From Dehalococcoidia bacterium (GTDB lineage: Bacteria; Chloroflexota; Dehalococcoidia; Bin125): DNA of 64,000 nt. The first letter of the stretch is position 1. Each line of letters begins with the position of its first letter. Below are positions 36,867 through 47,240 of this stretch, in pieces. Location of the stretch: assembly GCA_963662615.2 (NCBI GenBank), contig CAXXSR010000001.1:288001-352000 (forward strand). The letters are read 5' to 3'. The position numbers and the translations under genes were made by a program. The notes below the pieces were generated by a model, which was not told the DNA's origin, did not search any database, and saw only the letters and a list, made by a program, of their open reading frames with translations.

Positions 36867-37643
36867 ATGGTTGATAACCGCGCGGCCGAGGCGCCAGGAA
36901 ACCTGGGCGGTCACGTCGCGCTGGTGACGGGGGCGTCGCGCGGGATCGGCCGGGCCATTGCCGTGGAGCTGGCCCGCTGCGGAGCCGACGTCGCGATCAA
37001 TTATCGCGCCGACGCCGAAGGGGCGGCCGAGACGGAGCGGCTCGCTCGGGCGCAGCAGGCGCGCACACACATCGTCCAGGGCGACGTGGCCGACGAGGAC
37101 GCGGTGCGAGCGATGGTGGACTCCGTCACGAAGGCGCTGGGCCCCCCGGACATCCTGGTGAACAACGCCGGCATCACCCGTGACGGCCTGGTCATGCGCA
37201 TGGAAGTGGAGGCCTGGACGGCGGTGCTGAGCACGGACCTGACCGGGGCCTTTCTGGTCACGCGCGCGTGCCTGCGCGGCATGCTCCGCGCCCGCTGGGG
37301 CCGGATCATCAACATTGGCTCGGTGGTGGGCAGCACGGGCAACGCGGGCCAGGCCAACTACGCGGCGGCCAAGGCGGGCCTGGCCGGGCTGGCGAAGGCG
37401 ATCGCCAAGGAGGTGGGCAGCCGCAACATCACCGTCAATCTGGTGGCGCCGGGCTTTATCCGCACCGACATCACCGCCGACCTGCCGGAGGCCACGGTGG
37501 AGGCGGTGCGGGCCCAGATCCCGTTGGGCCGCTTGGGTGATCCCGACGACGTGGCTCCCTTGGTGGCGTTTCTTGCGGGCGACGGCGGTCGCTACATTAC
37601 CGGCCAGGTGATCCACGTTGACGGCGGCATGGTGACGGGCTGA
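36867..37643 (+). CDS. fabG: 3-oxoacyl-ACP reductase
   Basis: TGASRGIG, NNAGITRD, GNAGQANYAAAK, VAPGFI. Confidence 0.94.
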   Translation: MVDNRAAEAPGNLGGHVALVTGASRGIGRAIAVELARCGADVAINYRADAEGAAETERLARAQQARTHIVQGDVADEDAVRAMVDSVTKALGPPDILVNNAGITRDGLVMRMEVEAWTAVLSTDLTGAFLVTRACLRGMLRARWGRIINIGSVVGSTGNAGQANYAAAKAGLAGLAKAIAKEVGSRNITVNLVAPGFIRTDITADLPEATVEAVRAQIPLGRLGDPDDVAPLVAFLAGDGGRYITGQVIHVDGGMVTG

Positions 37644-37776
37644 GCGGCGCCGCCGCTCCCAGCGATTCAGGGCGCTATGCTAGAGCGGTTGGTCCATAGT
37701 GCGCCGGAGGGTCGCGTGGTATCGTCCGGCGAGAGGCGGTGCGGGTGTCGCCCGCACCTTCCGAGGCGGTGAACCG

Positions 37777-38793
37777 GTGAGCGTTCCAGCAACGCCGCAG
37801 CCCCCGTCTTCCCCCCAGGAGGAGGGCGGTGTGGCGGTGCTCTTTCCCGGGCAGGGGTCGCAGTCGCTGGGGATGGCGAGTCGGGTCTTGCGCGTCTATG
37901 CGCAGGCGCACGGGCGCTTCCAGACCGCCTCCGATCTGCTGGGCTATGACCTGCTCAAGCTGATGGAGCGGGGCCCGCTGGAGAACCTGGACGACACGGA
38001 GTATTCGCAACCGGCGATCTACACGGCCAGCGTGGCCTGGTACGACGCCCTCCGCGCCAAGTGGGGCGAGGCCGGGCGGCCGCTGCGGCCGGTGGCGATG
38101 GCCGGGCAGAGCATGGGTCAGATCACGGCGTTCGTGGCGGGGGAGGCGCTGGATTTTGAGCATGGCCTGCGACTGGTGCAGGCGCGGGGCGAGGTCATGC
38201 GCGAGGCCGCGGGCCGGCGGCCCGGCGGGATGGCCTCCATCATTGGCCTGCGCGACCGGGTGCTGCGGGTCATTGTGGGCGAGGCGGCCGGCGGGGGCAC
38301 GCTGGTGGTCGCCAACGACAACGGCCCCGGACATTCGGTGGTCTCCGGGGATGAGAGCGCGCTGCAGCGGGTGATGCGCCTGGCGGAGGCGCGGGGCGCG
38401 CGCCGGGTGGTGCGGCTTCCCATCTCCATTGCCTCCCATTCGCCCTTGATGAACGAAGCGCAACAGCAGTTTCGCGAGGTGGTCAAGGCGATGCCTTGGC
38501 GCGACCCCGAGGTGCCCATCATCAGCAACATCAGCGCCGGCTTTATCCTCACCAAGGGCGCCATTGTTGAAGAGTTGAATGATGCGCTCTGCCGGCCCGT
38601 GCGCTGGTCCGACTCCGTGCGGGCCATGGCCGGGCAGGGCGCCAACGTCTTCGTGGAGGCGGGCCCCGGCGACGCGCTCTCGAAGATCGTCCGCCGCGTC
38701 GTCCGCAGCGCCTGGACGTTCCCGTTATCCGACGACGAAGCGGGCTTGGCCCGTCGCGGCTACCCCGACATGTCGAGCGGCATCCCCAAGTAA
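37777..38793 (+). CDS. fabD: Malonyl-CoA:ACP transacylase
   Basis: FPGQGSQ, SQPAI, GQSMG (nucleophile Ser), ASHS, PVRW, EAGPG. Confidence 0.9.
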   Translation: MSVPATPQPPSSPQEEGGVAVLFPGQGSQSLGMASRVLRVYAQAHGRFQTASDLLGYDLLKLMERGPLENLDDTEYSQPAIYTASVAWYDALRAKWGEAGRPLRPVAMAGQSMGQITAFVAGEALDFEHGLRLVQARGEVMREAAGRRPGGMASIIGLRDRVLRVIVGEAAGGGTLVVANDNGPGHSVVSGDESALQRVMRLAEARGARRVVRLPISIASHSPLMNEAQQQFREVVKAMPWRDPEVPIISNISAGFILTKGAIVEELNDALCRPVRWSDSVRAMAGQGANVFVEAGPGDALSKIVRRVVRSAWTFPLSDDEAGLARRGYPDMSSGIPK

Positions 38794-38820
38794 GCGCGCT
38801 GGGGGGGATGGAGCCAGCAG

Positions 38821-40062
38821 ATGGGTCGCCGGGTAGTCGTCACGGGTCTGGGAGCCGTGTCTCCAGTGGGCAACGACCTGCCCGCGAACTGGGCGAACTT
38901 GCTGGCGGGCAAGTCCGGGGTGGACTACACCAGCCGCTATGACGCGTCCGACTACAAGGTGAACGTGGCGGCGGAGGTGAAGGGCTTTGAGCCGGAGCGC
39001 CGCATTGACGCCCGGCCGCTGAAGCACATGGATCGCAATGTGCAGTACGCCGTGGTCGCGGCGCAGGAGGCGCTGTGTGACTCCGGCCTCACGATCACGG
39101 ATGACAATCGCGACGGCGTGGGGGTGGTCTTCGGCAGCGGCGGCGGCGGCATGGAGACGGTGCTGCGCTGGCAGAAGGTGCTGGAGGCCAAGGGTCCGCG
39201 GCGCATCTCGCCGTTCGCGATGCCCAACCTGATCGCCGACGCGGCGGCGGGGCACATTGCCATTCAGACGGGAGCGGCGGGGCCCAACTATTCCCCCACC
39301 AGCGCCTGCGCCAGCGGCGCGAACGCGGTGGGAGATGGCGCGCTCCACATCAAAGCCGGCAAGGCGGAGGCGATGATCGTGGGCGGGTCGGAGGCGGTGC
39401 TGATGCCCATCTTCCAGGCCTGCTTTGAGGCGATGCGTGTGCTCGCCCCCGCCGGGGAGCCGCCCGCCACCACGGCCAAGCCGTTTGACCTGCATCGCGC
39501 CGGCTTCGTTCCGGGGGAGGGCGCGGCGGCGCTGGTGCTGGAGGAGCTTGAGCGGGCGCGGGCGCGCGGCGCCGACATTTACGCCGAGGTCGTAGGCAGC
39601 GGCAGCGCCAGCGACGGATTCGACATGGCGGCGCCGGATCCAACCGGCCGCGGCCTCCTGAATGCCATGCGCCAGGCGCTGGCCGAGGCCTGCCTGCCGC
39701 CGGGCGACGTGGGCTACGTGAACACGCACGGGACGGCGACCCAGCTCGGCGACAAGGTGGAGGTGGTGGCCATCAAAGAGGTGTTCGGAGAGCACGCGTC
39801 GCGCATGCTGATCTCCTCCGTCAAGGCCGCCACCGGCCACATGATGGGCGCCAGCGCGGCCCTGGAGGTGGTGGTGACGGCTCTGGCGCTGAAGCGGGGG
39901 CTGATCCCGCCCACCCTCAACTACGAGACGCCGGACGAGGAGTGCGACCTGGATTGCGTGCCCAACGAGGCGCGCGAAGTGGATCTTCGTGCGGCCATGT
40001 CCATCTCCGCGGGGCTGGGCGGGCACAACGCCGCCATCCTCCTGAAACGCTGGGAAGGGTGA
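38821..40062 (+). CDS. fabF: Beta-ketoacyl-ACP synthase II (copy 1)
   Basis: VVVTGLG, SACASG (Cys), NTHGTAT, KAATGH (His), GLGGHNA. Confidence 0.9.
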   Translation: MGRRVVVTGLGAVSPVGNDLPANWANLLAGKSGVDYTSRYDASDYKVNVAAEVKGFEPERRIDARPLKHMDRNVQYAVVAAQEALCDSGLTITDDNRDGVGVVFGSGGGGMETVLRWQKVLEAKGPRRISPFAMPNLIADAAAGHIAIQTGAAGPNYSPTSACASGANAVGDGALHIKAGKAEAMIVGGSEAVLMPIFQACFEAMRVLAPAGEPPATTAKPFDLHRAGFVPGEGAAALVLEELERARARGADIYAEVVGSGSASDGFDMAAPDPTGRGLLNAMRQALAEACLPPGDVGYVNTHGTATQLGDKVEVVAIKEVFGEHASRMLISSVKAATGHMMGASAALEVVVTALALKRGLIPPTLNYETPDEECDLDCVPNEAREVDLRAAMSISAGLGGHNAAILLKRWEG

Positions 40063-41318
40063 GCGCGCCGAACGGCCGGGAGCCGCGCATCGGCATCACC
40101 GGCATCGGTCCCGTCACGCCCATCGGCGTTGGCGTGGAGCCGTTCTGGGAGAGCCTGCGCGAGGGCCGCTCCGGCGTGCGCCCCATCACCGCCTTCGATC
40201 CCTCTGCCATGAAGGTGCGCATTGCGGCCGAGGTGCCGCAGTTCGAGCCCGAGCGCTACATGCCCCCCAAGGCGGCCAAGCGCATGGCGCGCTTCTCGCA
40301 GATGGCGGTGGCGGCGGCGCGGCTGGCGCTGGAAGACGCGGCGTTGGACTTGGACCGCTGCGAGCGGGAGCGGATTGGCACCGTGATCAACACGGGCGGC
40401 GGCGGCGTCACCACGATCAGCGACGAGGCGGACGTCCTGGCCCGGCGCGGTCCGGGGCGGGTGGGCGCGCTGTTCGTGCCCACCATGGCGCCCAACATGG
40501 CCTCCTGTCAGGTTTCCATTCAGTTTGGGCTGGAAGGGCCCGCCGTGACGTCCGCGGCCGCCTGCGCCAGCTCCGTGTACGCCTTCCTTGAGGCCCTGCA
40601 GATGCTGCGATCCGGGGAGGCGGTGGTGGTGCTGGCCGGCGGGACGGAGTCCAACATCTCGCCGCTGGGCATCGCCGGGCTGGCCAACATGCACGCCCTC
40701 TCGCGCCGCAACGACGATCCGACCCGCGCCTCGCGCCCCTTCGACCGGGACCGCGACGGCTTTGTCATTGGCGAGGGCGCCGTGGTCTGCGTGCTGGAGC
40801 CGGTGGCGGCGGCGCGGGCGCGGGGGGCGCGGGTCTACGCGGAGCTGTTGGGGGGTGGCCGCTCGTCGGACGCCTATCACATCACCGCGCCGCGCCCGGA
40901 CGGGCGCGGCGCCGCCCGCGCCATGCGCGCGGGGCTCACGTCCGCCGCGCTGGAGCCGGAGGAGGTTGACTATATCTCCGCGCATGGCACGGGGACGCCA
41001 CTCAACGACGTGGCGGAGACGCGGGCCATCAAGGAGGTTTTCGGCGCGCACGCCCGCAATCTCACCATCAGCTCACCGAAGAGCATGACGGGGCACCTGA
41101 TGGGCGCGGCCGGGGGCGTGTCTGTCGCGGCGACGGCGCTGGCCATCTACCACGGCCTCATCCCGCCCACGATCAACCTGGACACGCCCGACCCCGAATG
41201 CGATCTCGACTACGTGCCCCATGTGAGCCGGCCGGCCGCGATTGGCGCGGCCTTGGTGAACGGGTTCGGGTTCGGCGGACAGAATGGGGTAGTCGCGCTG
41301 GGGCGCAACCAGGGATAA
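40059..41318 (+). CDS. fabF: Beta-ketoacyl-ACP synthase II (copy 2)
   Basis: AACASS (Cys), SRPFDRDRDGFVIGEG, AHGTGT, KSMTGH, GFGFGGQN; GTG overlaps the stop of copy 1. Confidence 0.92.
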   Translation: MSAPNGREPRIGITGIGPVTPIGVGVEPFWESLREGRSGVRPITAFDPSAMKVRIAAEVPQFEPERYMPPKAAKRMARFSQMAVAAARLALEDAALDLDRCERERIGTVINTGGGGVTTISDEADVLARRGPGRVGALFVPTMAPNMASCQVSIQFGLEGPAVTSAAACASSVYAFLEALQMLRSGEAVVVLAGGTESNISPLGIAGLANMHALSRRNDDPTRASRPFDRDRDGFVIGEGAVVCVLEPVAAARARGARVYAELLGGGRSSDAYHITAPRPDGRGAARAMRAGLTSAALEPEEVDYISAHGTGTPLNDVAETRAIKEVFGAHARNLTISSPKSMTGHLMGAAGGVSVAATALAIYHGLIPPTINLDTPDPECDLDYVPHVSRPAAIGAALVNGFGFGGQNGVVALGRNQG

Positions 41319-41367
41319 TGGCGGCGCTGAGGTCGCCCCCCTGACGGGCGCGCAAGAGGACAGAGCC

Positions 41368-41622
41368 GTGAGCAGCCTGGACGAGCGCGTCATTGCCATA
41401 ATCGCGGAGCAGTTGCGGGTGCCGGTGGAGGACGTGAAGCCGACGTCCCATCTGGTCGACGACCTCAAAGCCGATTCTCTGGACATCGTGGACCTGTCGA
41501 TCGCGCTGGAGGAAGAGTTCAGCTCGGACGGGACCGAGCTGGAGATCTCGGAGGAGGATGCGGCGGGGATGCAGACGGTGCAAGATATCGTGGGCTATCT
41601 GACCGCTCGGGGCGTCCAATAG
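41368..41622 (+). CDS. acpP: Acyl carrier protein
   Basis: DLKADSLDIVDL phosphopantetheine site; 84 aa, acidic. Confidence 0.94.
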   Translation: MSSLDERVIAIIAEQLRVPVEDVKPTSHLVDDLKADSLDIVDLSIALEEEFSSDGTELEISEEDAAGMQTVQDIVGYLTARGVQ

Positions 41623-41668
41623 CCCACCCGCGTGGCGGCCCCATCCCGTCCTTCCTGGGAGTGCAACG

Positions 41669-41965
41669 GTGCCGCTGCAACGGATCCTCGCCAGCAGCGT
41701 GGGCGAGCCGGAGACGGCGACGAGCCGGCTGGGCGCGGAGGCGCTGCACCTCAGCGAGGGCCGCATCATGCTGAACCGGCGCGTGGACAACGCGGCCGCC
41801 CTGGTTGTGGTGCGGGGGGCGCTGACGATCGGCGTGAGCGACGATGATGCTGCCTTGACCGCCGGGCAGGGCGTCCTGCTGCGGGCCGGCACGATCTACT
41901 CGCTGGAGGCAGAGGAGGAGTCCGTCGCTATCGTGTTCGCGCTGCGCGAGGATGCGCAGCGCTAG
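41669..41965 (+). CDS. Small cupin-fold-like protein
   Basis: LVVVRGALTIGV...LTAGQGVLLRAGTIYSLEAEEES beta-barrel pattern, lacking the metal-binding His residues. Confidence 0.6.
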   Translation: MPLQRILASSVGEPETATSRLGAEALHLSEGRIMLNRRVDNAAALVVVRGALTIGVSDDDAALTAGQGVLLRAGTIYSLEAEEESVAIVFALREDAQR

Positions 41966-42039
41966 GCCGTTTTCGCGCTGCGCGAGGATCGCCAGCGCTA
42001 GGGCGTTTTCGCGCTGCGCGAGGATCCCTAGCGCTGGGG
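41932..42039. repeat. 36-bp head-to-tail tandem repeat x3
   Basis: CGT(G/T)TTCGCGCTGCGCGAGGATnnnnAGCGCTRGGn at 41932, 41968 and 42004. Confidence 0.9.
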
Positions 42040-42082
42040 TGTTCTGCGTCGGGCGAGGAGGGACAGGGCGCGGGCGCCGGCC

Positions 42083-42991
42083 TCAGTCGCCGGGACTGAG
42101 CACTTTGAGCGGCCGCCAGCGCTCGGGCCAGGCGTCCTCGCGGCCCAGCACCGCTACCGGCACGCCGTTGGGGTCCACGGCGATCATGCGCTGCGCCTGC
42201 GGCTGCTTGGCCGTGGCTTGCACGGGTTGGCCGCGGAGGATCAGGCGGCGTTGGACGTCGTTGAGCAAGAGGCGCGGCCAGTGCGCCAGGAACAAGGCGG
42301 GCGACTCGGCCAAGTCCCAGCCGCGGCCGGCGGCGAAGGCGTGCTCCAGCGCCTCCAAGGGATGCGCGGATTCCGCGCCGGCCGGGCCGATGGCCGTGCG
42401 TCGCATCTCGATCACATGGGCGCCGCAGCCCAGCGCGCGGCCGAGGTCGCGCGCGACGGCGCGCACGTACGTGCCGGTGCTCACGGTCATGGCGATGCGC
42501 AGGTCCGGCGCCGTCCAACGCTCCACGGTGAGGGCGTAGACGGTGACCGGGCGCGGCGCGAGCGCGGCCGGAGCCCCGCCGCGAGCGGCCCGATAGGCCG
42601 ACACGCCGGCGACCTTGACGGCGCTGTAGTCGGGCGGCACCTGTTCGATCCGGCCTCGGAACAGCTCCAGCGCGGCGTCCACCTCCGCGAGGTGCAGGGC
42701 CGGCACCGCGGCGTGCCGGAGGACCGTGCCGTCGGCGTCGTCGGTGTCGGTGCTGATGCCGAGGCGCAGGGTGGCGGTATAGCTCTTGCGATGCTCGGCC
42801 AAGTACTCCGCCAGCCGCGTGGCCCTGCCCACGAACACGGGCAGCAGGCCCGTGGCCAAGGGGTCGAGCGTGCCGCCGTGACCGACTCGGCGCACGCCGG
42901 TCCAGCGCCGGACCATTTGCACCACGTCGTGCGAGGTGGGGCCGGTGGGCTTGTCAATGAGGAACAGGGCCAAGCGCTGGGGCGCGGTCAC
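42083..42991 (-). CDS. truB: tRNA pseudouridine(55) synthase
   Basis: DKPTGPTSHDVV, VGHGGTLDPLATG, QVPPDYSA, GTYVRA. Confidence 0.96.
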   Translation of the reverse strand: MTAPQRLALFLIDKPTGPTSHDVVQMVRRWTGVRRVGHGGTLDPLATGLLPVFVGRATRLAEYLAEHRKSYTATLRLGISTDTDDADGTVLRHAAVPALHLAEVDAALELFRGRIEQVPPDYSAVKVAGVSAYRAARGGAPAALAPRPVTVYALTVERWTAPDLRIAMTVSTGTYVRAVARDLGRALGCGAHVIEMRRTAIGPAGAESAHPLEALEHAFAAGRGWDLAESPALFLAHWPRLLLNDVQRRLILRGQPVQATAKQPQAQRMIAVDPNGVPVAVLGREDAWPERWRPLKVLSPGD

Positions 42992-43362
42992 GGCTCACCA
43001 TCCGGGGGGGCCGCCTCGTCCGTGTGCAGGTCGTCGAGGAGATCCTGGAGGCGACGGCCCTGTTCAATGCGGTCATCAGAGGTGAAGCGGAGCTGCGGTA
43101 CCGTGCGCAGGTCTAGGCGCGATCGGAGCAGGCGGCGGATGTAGCCGTCGGCGCGGGTGAGCGCGGTGATGGCGTCGCGTCGCTGCTGGTCGGTGCCCAG
43201 GACGGAGACGTGGACGCGAGCGCTGCGCAGGTCCGGCGAGACCTGGACTTCGGTGACGGAGAGGAGGGTCAGGTCCAGCCGCGGGTCCTTCAGATCCCGC
43301 TGGAGGATCTCCGCCAGCACCTCACGCAGGAGGTCGTTGACCCGGGCTTGCCGCCGTGTCAC
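42988..43362 (-). CDS. rbfA: Ribosome-binding factor A
   Basis: LKDPRL, VTEVQVSPDLRSARV, VPQLRF. Confidence 0.95.
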   Translation of the reverse strand: MTRRQARVNDLLREVLAEILQRDLKDPRLDLTLLSVTEVQVSPDLRSARVHVSVLGTDQQRRDAITALTRADGYIRRLLRSRLDLRTVPQLRFTSDDRIEQGRRLQDLLDDLHTDEAAPPDGEP

Positions 43363-43365
43363 GGG

Positions 43366-45187
<1,822 letters not shown>

Positions 45188-45198
<11 letters not shown>

Positions 45199-45502
45199 GG
45201 GCCGTCCCTCCGGGATGGTTGCTGGGCTCAGCGGCGAAGGCGCGGAGGCGGGCCCGGTCGCCGTCGCTGAAGACGGTGCGGAGGGCGCGGGCGAGCTGCG
45301 GGCCGGCGAGCGCTTCGTCCCAGCAGCCGCGATCGGGACAGAGATAGGCGCCGCGGCCCGGGGCGCGTCCCCGGCGGTCCACCGCCACTGCTCCCGCAGG
45401 CGAGCGCACGAGCCGGATCAGTACATGCTGTTGCCGCTTGCGGCGACAGGCCACGCACGTTCGCTGGGGCAGGCGCCGCGGCGGGGCGGCGGCCAAAGTC
45501 AT
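45188..45502 (-). CDS. ylxR: YlxR/RnpM-family RNA-binding protein
   Basis: PQRTCVACR, LIRLV, GRGAYLC; between nusA and infB. Confidence 0.9.
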
Positions 45503-45606
45503 GAGGCTACGCCTTTCCTGCGATTGCCAGCGCCGAGGACCTTTCCTGCGATCAGCGGCGCCGCGGGCGGTCTCGCGGGCAGGCCGCGGGCGCGCCGCCG
45601 CCGCGG

Positions 45607-47109
45607 TTAGCTTTCTTCTTCGTTTTGGAATTCGGCGTACTGATCTTCGTCCAGGCCCTCGTCGGTCTCCACATAGCGCGGGCGCCGGCGCTTTTTGCTG
45701 GGCGTCGCCTGCTCGGGAGGACGGCGGATCAGCTCTTCCGCGAAGCGGATCTTGCCGGCCTCGGCCTGTCTGGGCTGCACCTCGATGGCCTCCAGCGCGG
45801 GCGCCACTTCCTCCGGTTCGTCCGGCACCTCCCCGGCTGTGGCCGGAGCCGCCCGCCGGGCCGTCTCCGGTGCCGCTTCGCCCGGGGCCGGCGCGACGGG
45901 CGCATCGGCCGACGCGTCGGGGTCGGGCACGGTCGCCACGACCGCCTCCGGCTCTTCCACGGCCAGCGGCGCCAGCTCCGGCTGGGGAGCATAGGGGCCG
46001 AGCCCGTGCTCCAGCAGCTTTTCCGCAGCGGATTGCGGTTTGATGTCAATGCGATAGCGCGTGAGCCCCGCAGCCAGGCGGGCGTTCTGCCCTTCCTTGC
46101 CGATGGCCAGCGAGAGTTGCTGGTCCGGCACCGCCACCTCCGCGGTGTTGGTGGCGGGGACAATGCGCGCGGCCAGCACTTGCGCGGGACTGAGCGCATG
46201 AGCCACGTACTTGCGCGGGTCCGGGTCCCACTGGATCACGTCCACGCGTTCGCCTTGGAGCCCGTTGACGATGTTCTGAATACGGATCCCGCGCATGCCC
46301 ACGCAGGCGCCCACGGGGTCCAAGCCCTCTTGATGGCTATGCACGGCGATCTTGGTGCGGTGCCCGGCCTCCCGGGCGATGCCCTTGATCTCCACCAAGC
46401 CCTTGTTCACCTCCGGCACTTCCAGCTCCACGATGCGGCGAATGAGGCTCTTGTGCGTGCGCGAGACCACGACCTGCGGCCCCTTGTTGCTGCGCAGGAC
46501 CTCCAGCACGTAGACCAGCAGCCGTTGGCCCGAGCGGTAGTGCTCCATGCGCACCTGCTCCGACGCCGGCAAGAGGGCCTCGGTGCGGCCGAGATCCAGG
46601 ATGACCTGGCGCGGCTCCACCCGCTCGATCAGGCCGGAGACCGTTTCGCCCTCTTGGCCGGTGTATTCGTCGAAGACGGCTTCACGCTCCGCCTCCCGTA
46701 GCCGCTGCAAGACGACCTGCTTCGCCGTCTGCGCCGCGATCCTTCCGGACGGCGTCGCCACTTCCTGGTCGATGCGCAGAGTGCCGCCGATCTGGACGGT
46801 GGCTTGGAGGAGACGGGCGGCCTCCAAGTCGATCTGGAGGTCCTCGTCGGCGATGTCCTCCTCGACCTCTACAACTTCGCGCTCAGACCAGATCTGCAAG
46901 TCGCCGGTGACGCGGTCAATGCGGACCTGCACCTGCCCCACGACGCCGTGTTCCCGCTTATAGGCCGCGCCCAGGGCGGATTCCACCGCCTCAAAGACGA
47001 CGTCTTCCGGCAGGTTCTTCTCCGCCGTGAGCTGCGTAATGGCGAGCAGGAAGTCTGGCTTGACTGCTGTGTCTTCCTGCCCTGGTGCCGCCGCGGCCCG
47101 TCTCACCAT
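45607..47109 (-). CDS. nusA: Transcription termination/antitermination factor NusA
   Basis: GRIAAQTAKQV, LEVPE, AREAGHRTKIAV, GACVG, SLAIGKEGQNARLA; start uncertain. Confidence 0.96.
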   Translation of the reverse strand: MVRRAAAAPGQEDTAVKPDFLLAITQLTAEKNLPEDVVFEAVESALGAAYKREHGVVGQVQVRIDRVTGDLQIWSEREVVEVEEDIADEDLQIDLEAARLLQATVQIGGTLRIDQEVATPSGRIAAQTAKQVVLQRLREAEREAVFDEYTGQEGETVSGLIERVEPRQVILDLGRTEALLPASEQVRMEHYRSGQRLLVYVLEVLRSNKGPQVVVSRTHKSLIRRIVELEVPEVNKGLVEIKGIAREAGHRTKIAVHSHQEGLDPVGACVGMRGIRIQNIVNGLQGERVDVIQWDPDPRKYVAHALSPAQVLAARIVPATNTAEVAVPDQQLSLAIGKEGQNARLAAGLTRYRIDIKPQSAAEKLLEHGLGPYAPQPELAPLAVEEPEAVVATVPDPDASADAPVAPAPGEAAPETARRAAPATAGEVPDEPEEVAPALEAIEVQPRQAEAGKIRFAEELIRRPPEQATPSKKRRRPRYVETDEGLDEDQYAEFQNEEES

Positions 47110-47122
47110 GCAGAGCGCCTCT

Positions 47123-47152
47123 CAACAAAGAAGGTGGGCAGAGCCCACCTTC
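47123..47152 (-). terminator. Leader hairpin/attenuator of the nusA operon
   Basis: GAAGGTGGGC-TCT-GCCCACCTTC (10-bp perfect stem) followed by TTTGTTG, between the promoter and nusA. Confidence 0.7.
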
Positions 47153-47179
47153 AGCAGTTACGCCAATACAGTTTGGATC

Positions 47180-47188
47180 AGTATAGCA
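47180..47188 (-). promoter_or_regulatory. Extended -10 promoter element for the nusA operon
   Basis: TGCTATACT on the minus strand. Confidence 0.6.
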
Positions 47189-47240
47189 AATCCGCAAACG
47201 GCTCGCCACGGCCGCGTGCGGGGGGAGGCGGGGGCGCCGG

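Noticed and set aside
38821-41622. Type II polyketide synthase (KS/CLF/ACP) cluster
   Set aside because: Both ketosynthases keep the catalytic Cys-His-His, no cyclase or aromatase is recognisable, and the context (fabG, fabD, acpP) fits fatty-acid synthesis.
41932-42039. 36-bp repeats as a mini CRISPR array
   Set aside because: Units are head-to-tail with no spacers, begin inside a coding 3' end, and no cas genes are present.
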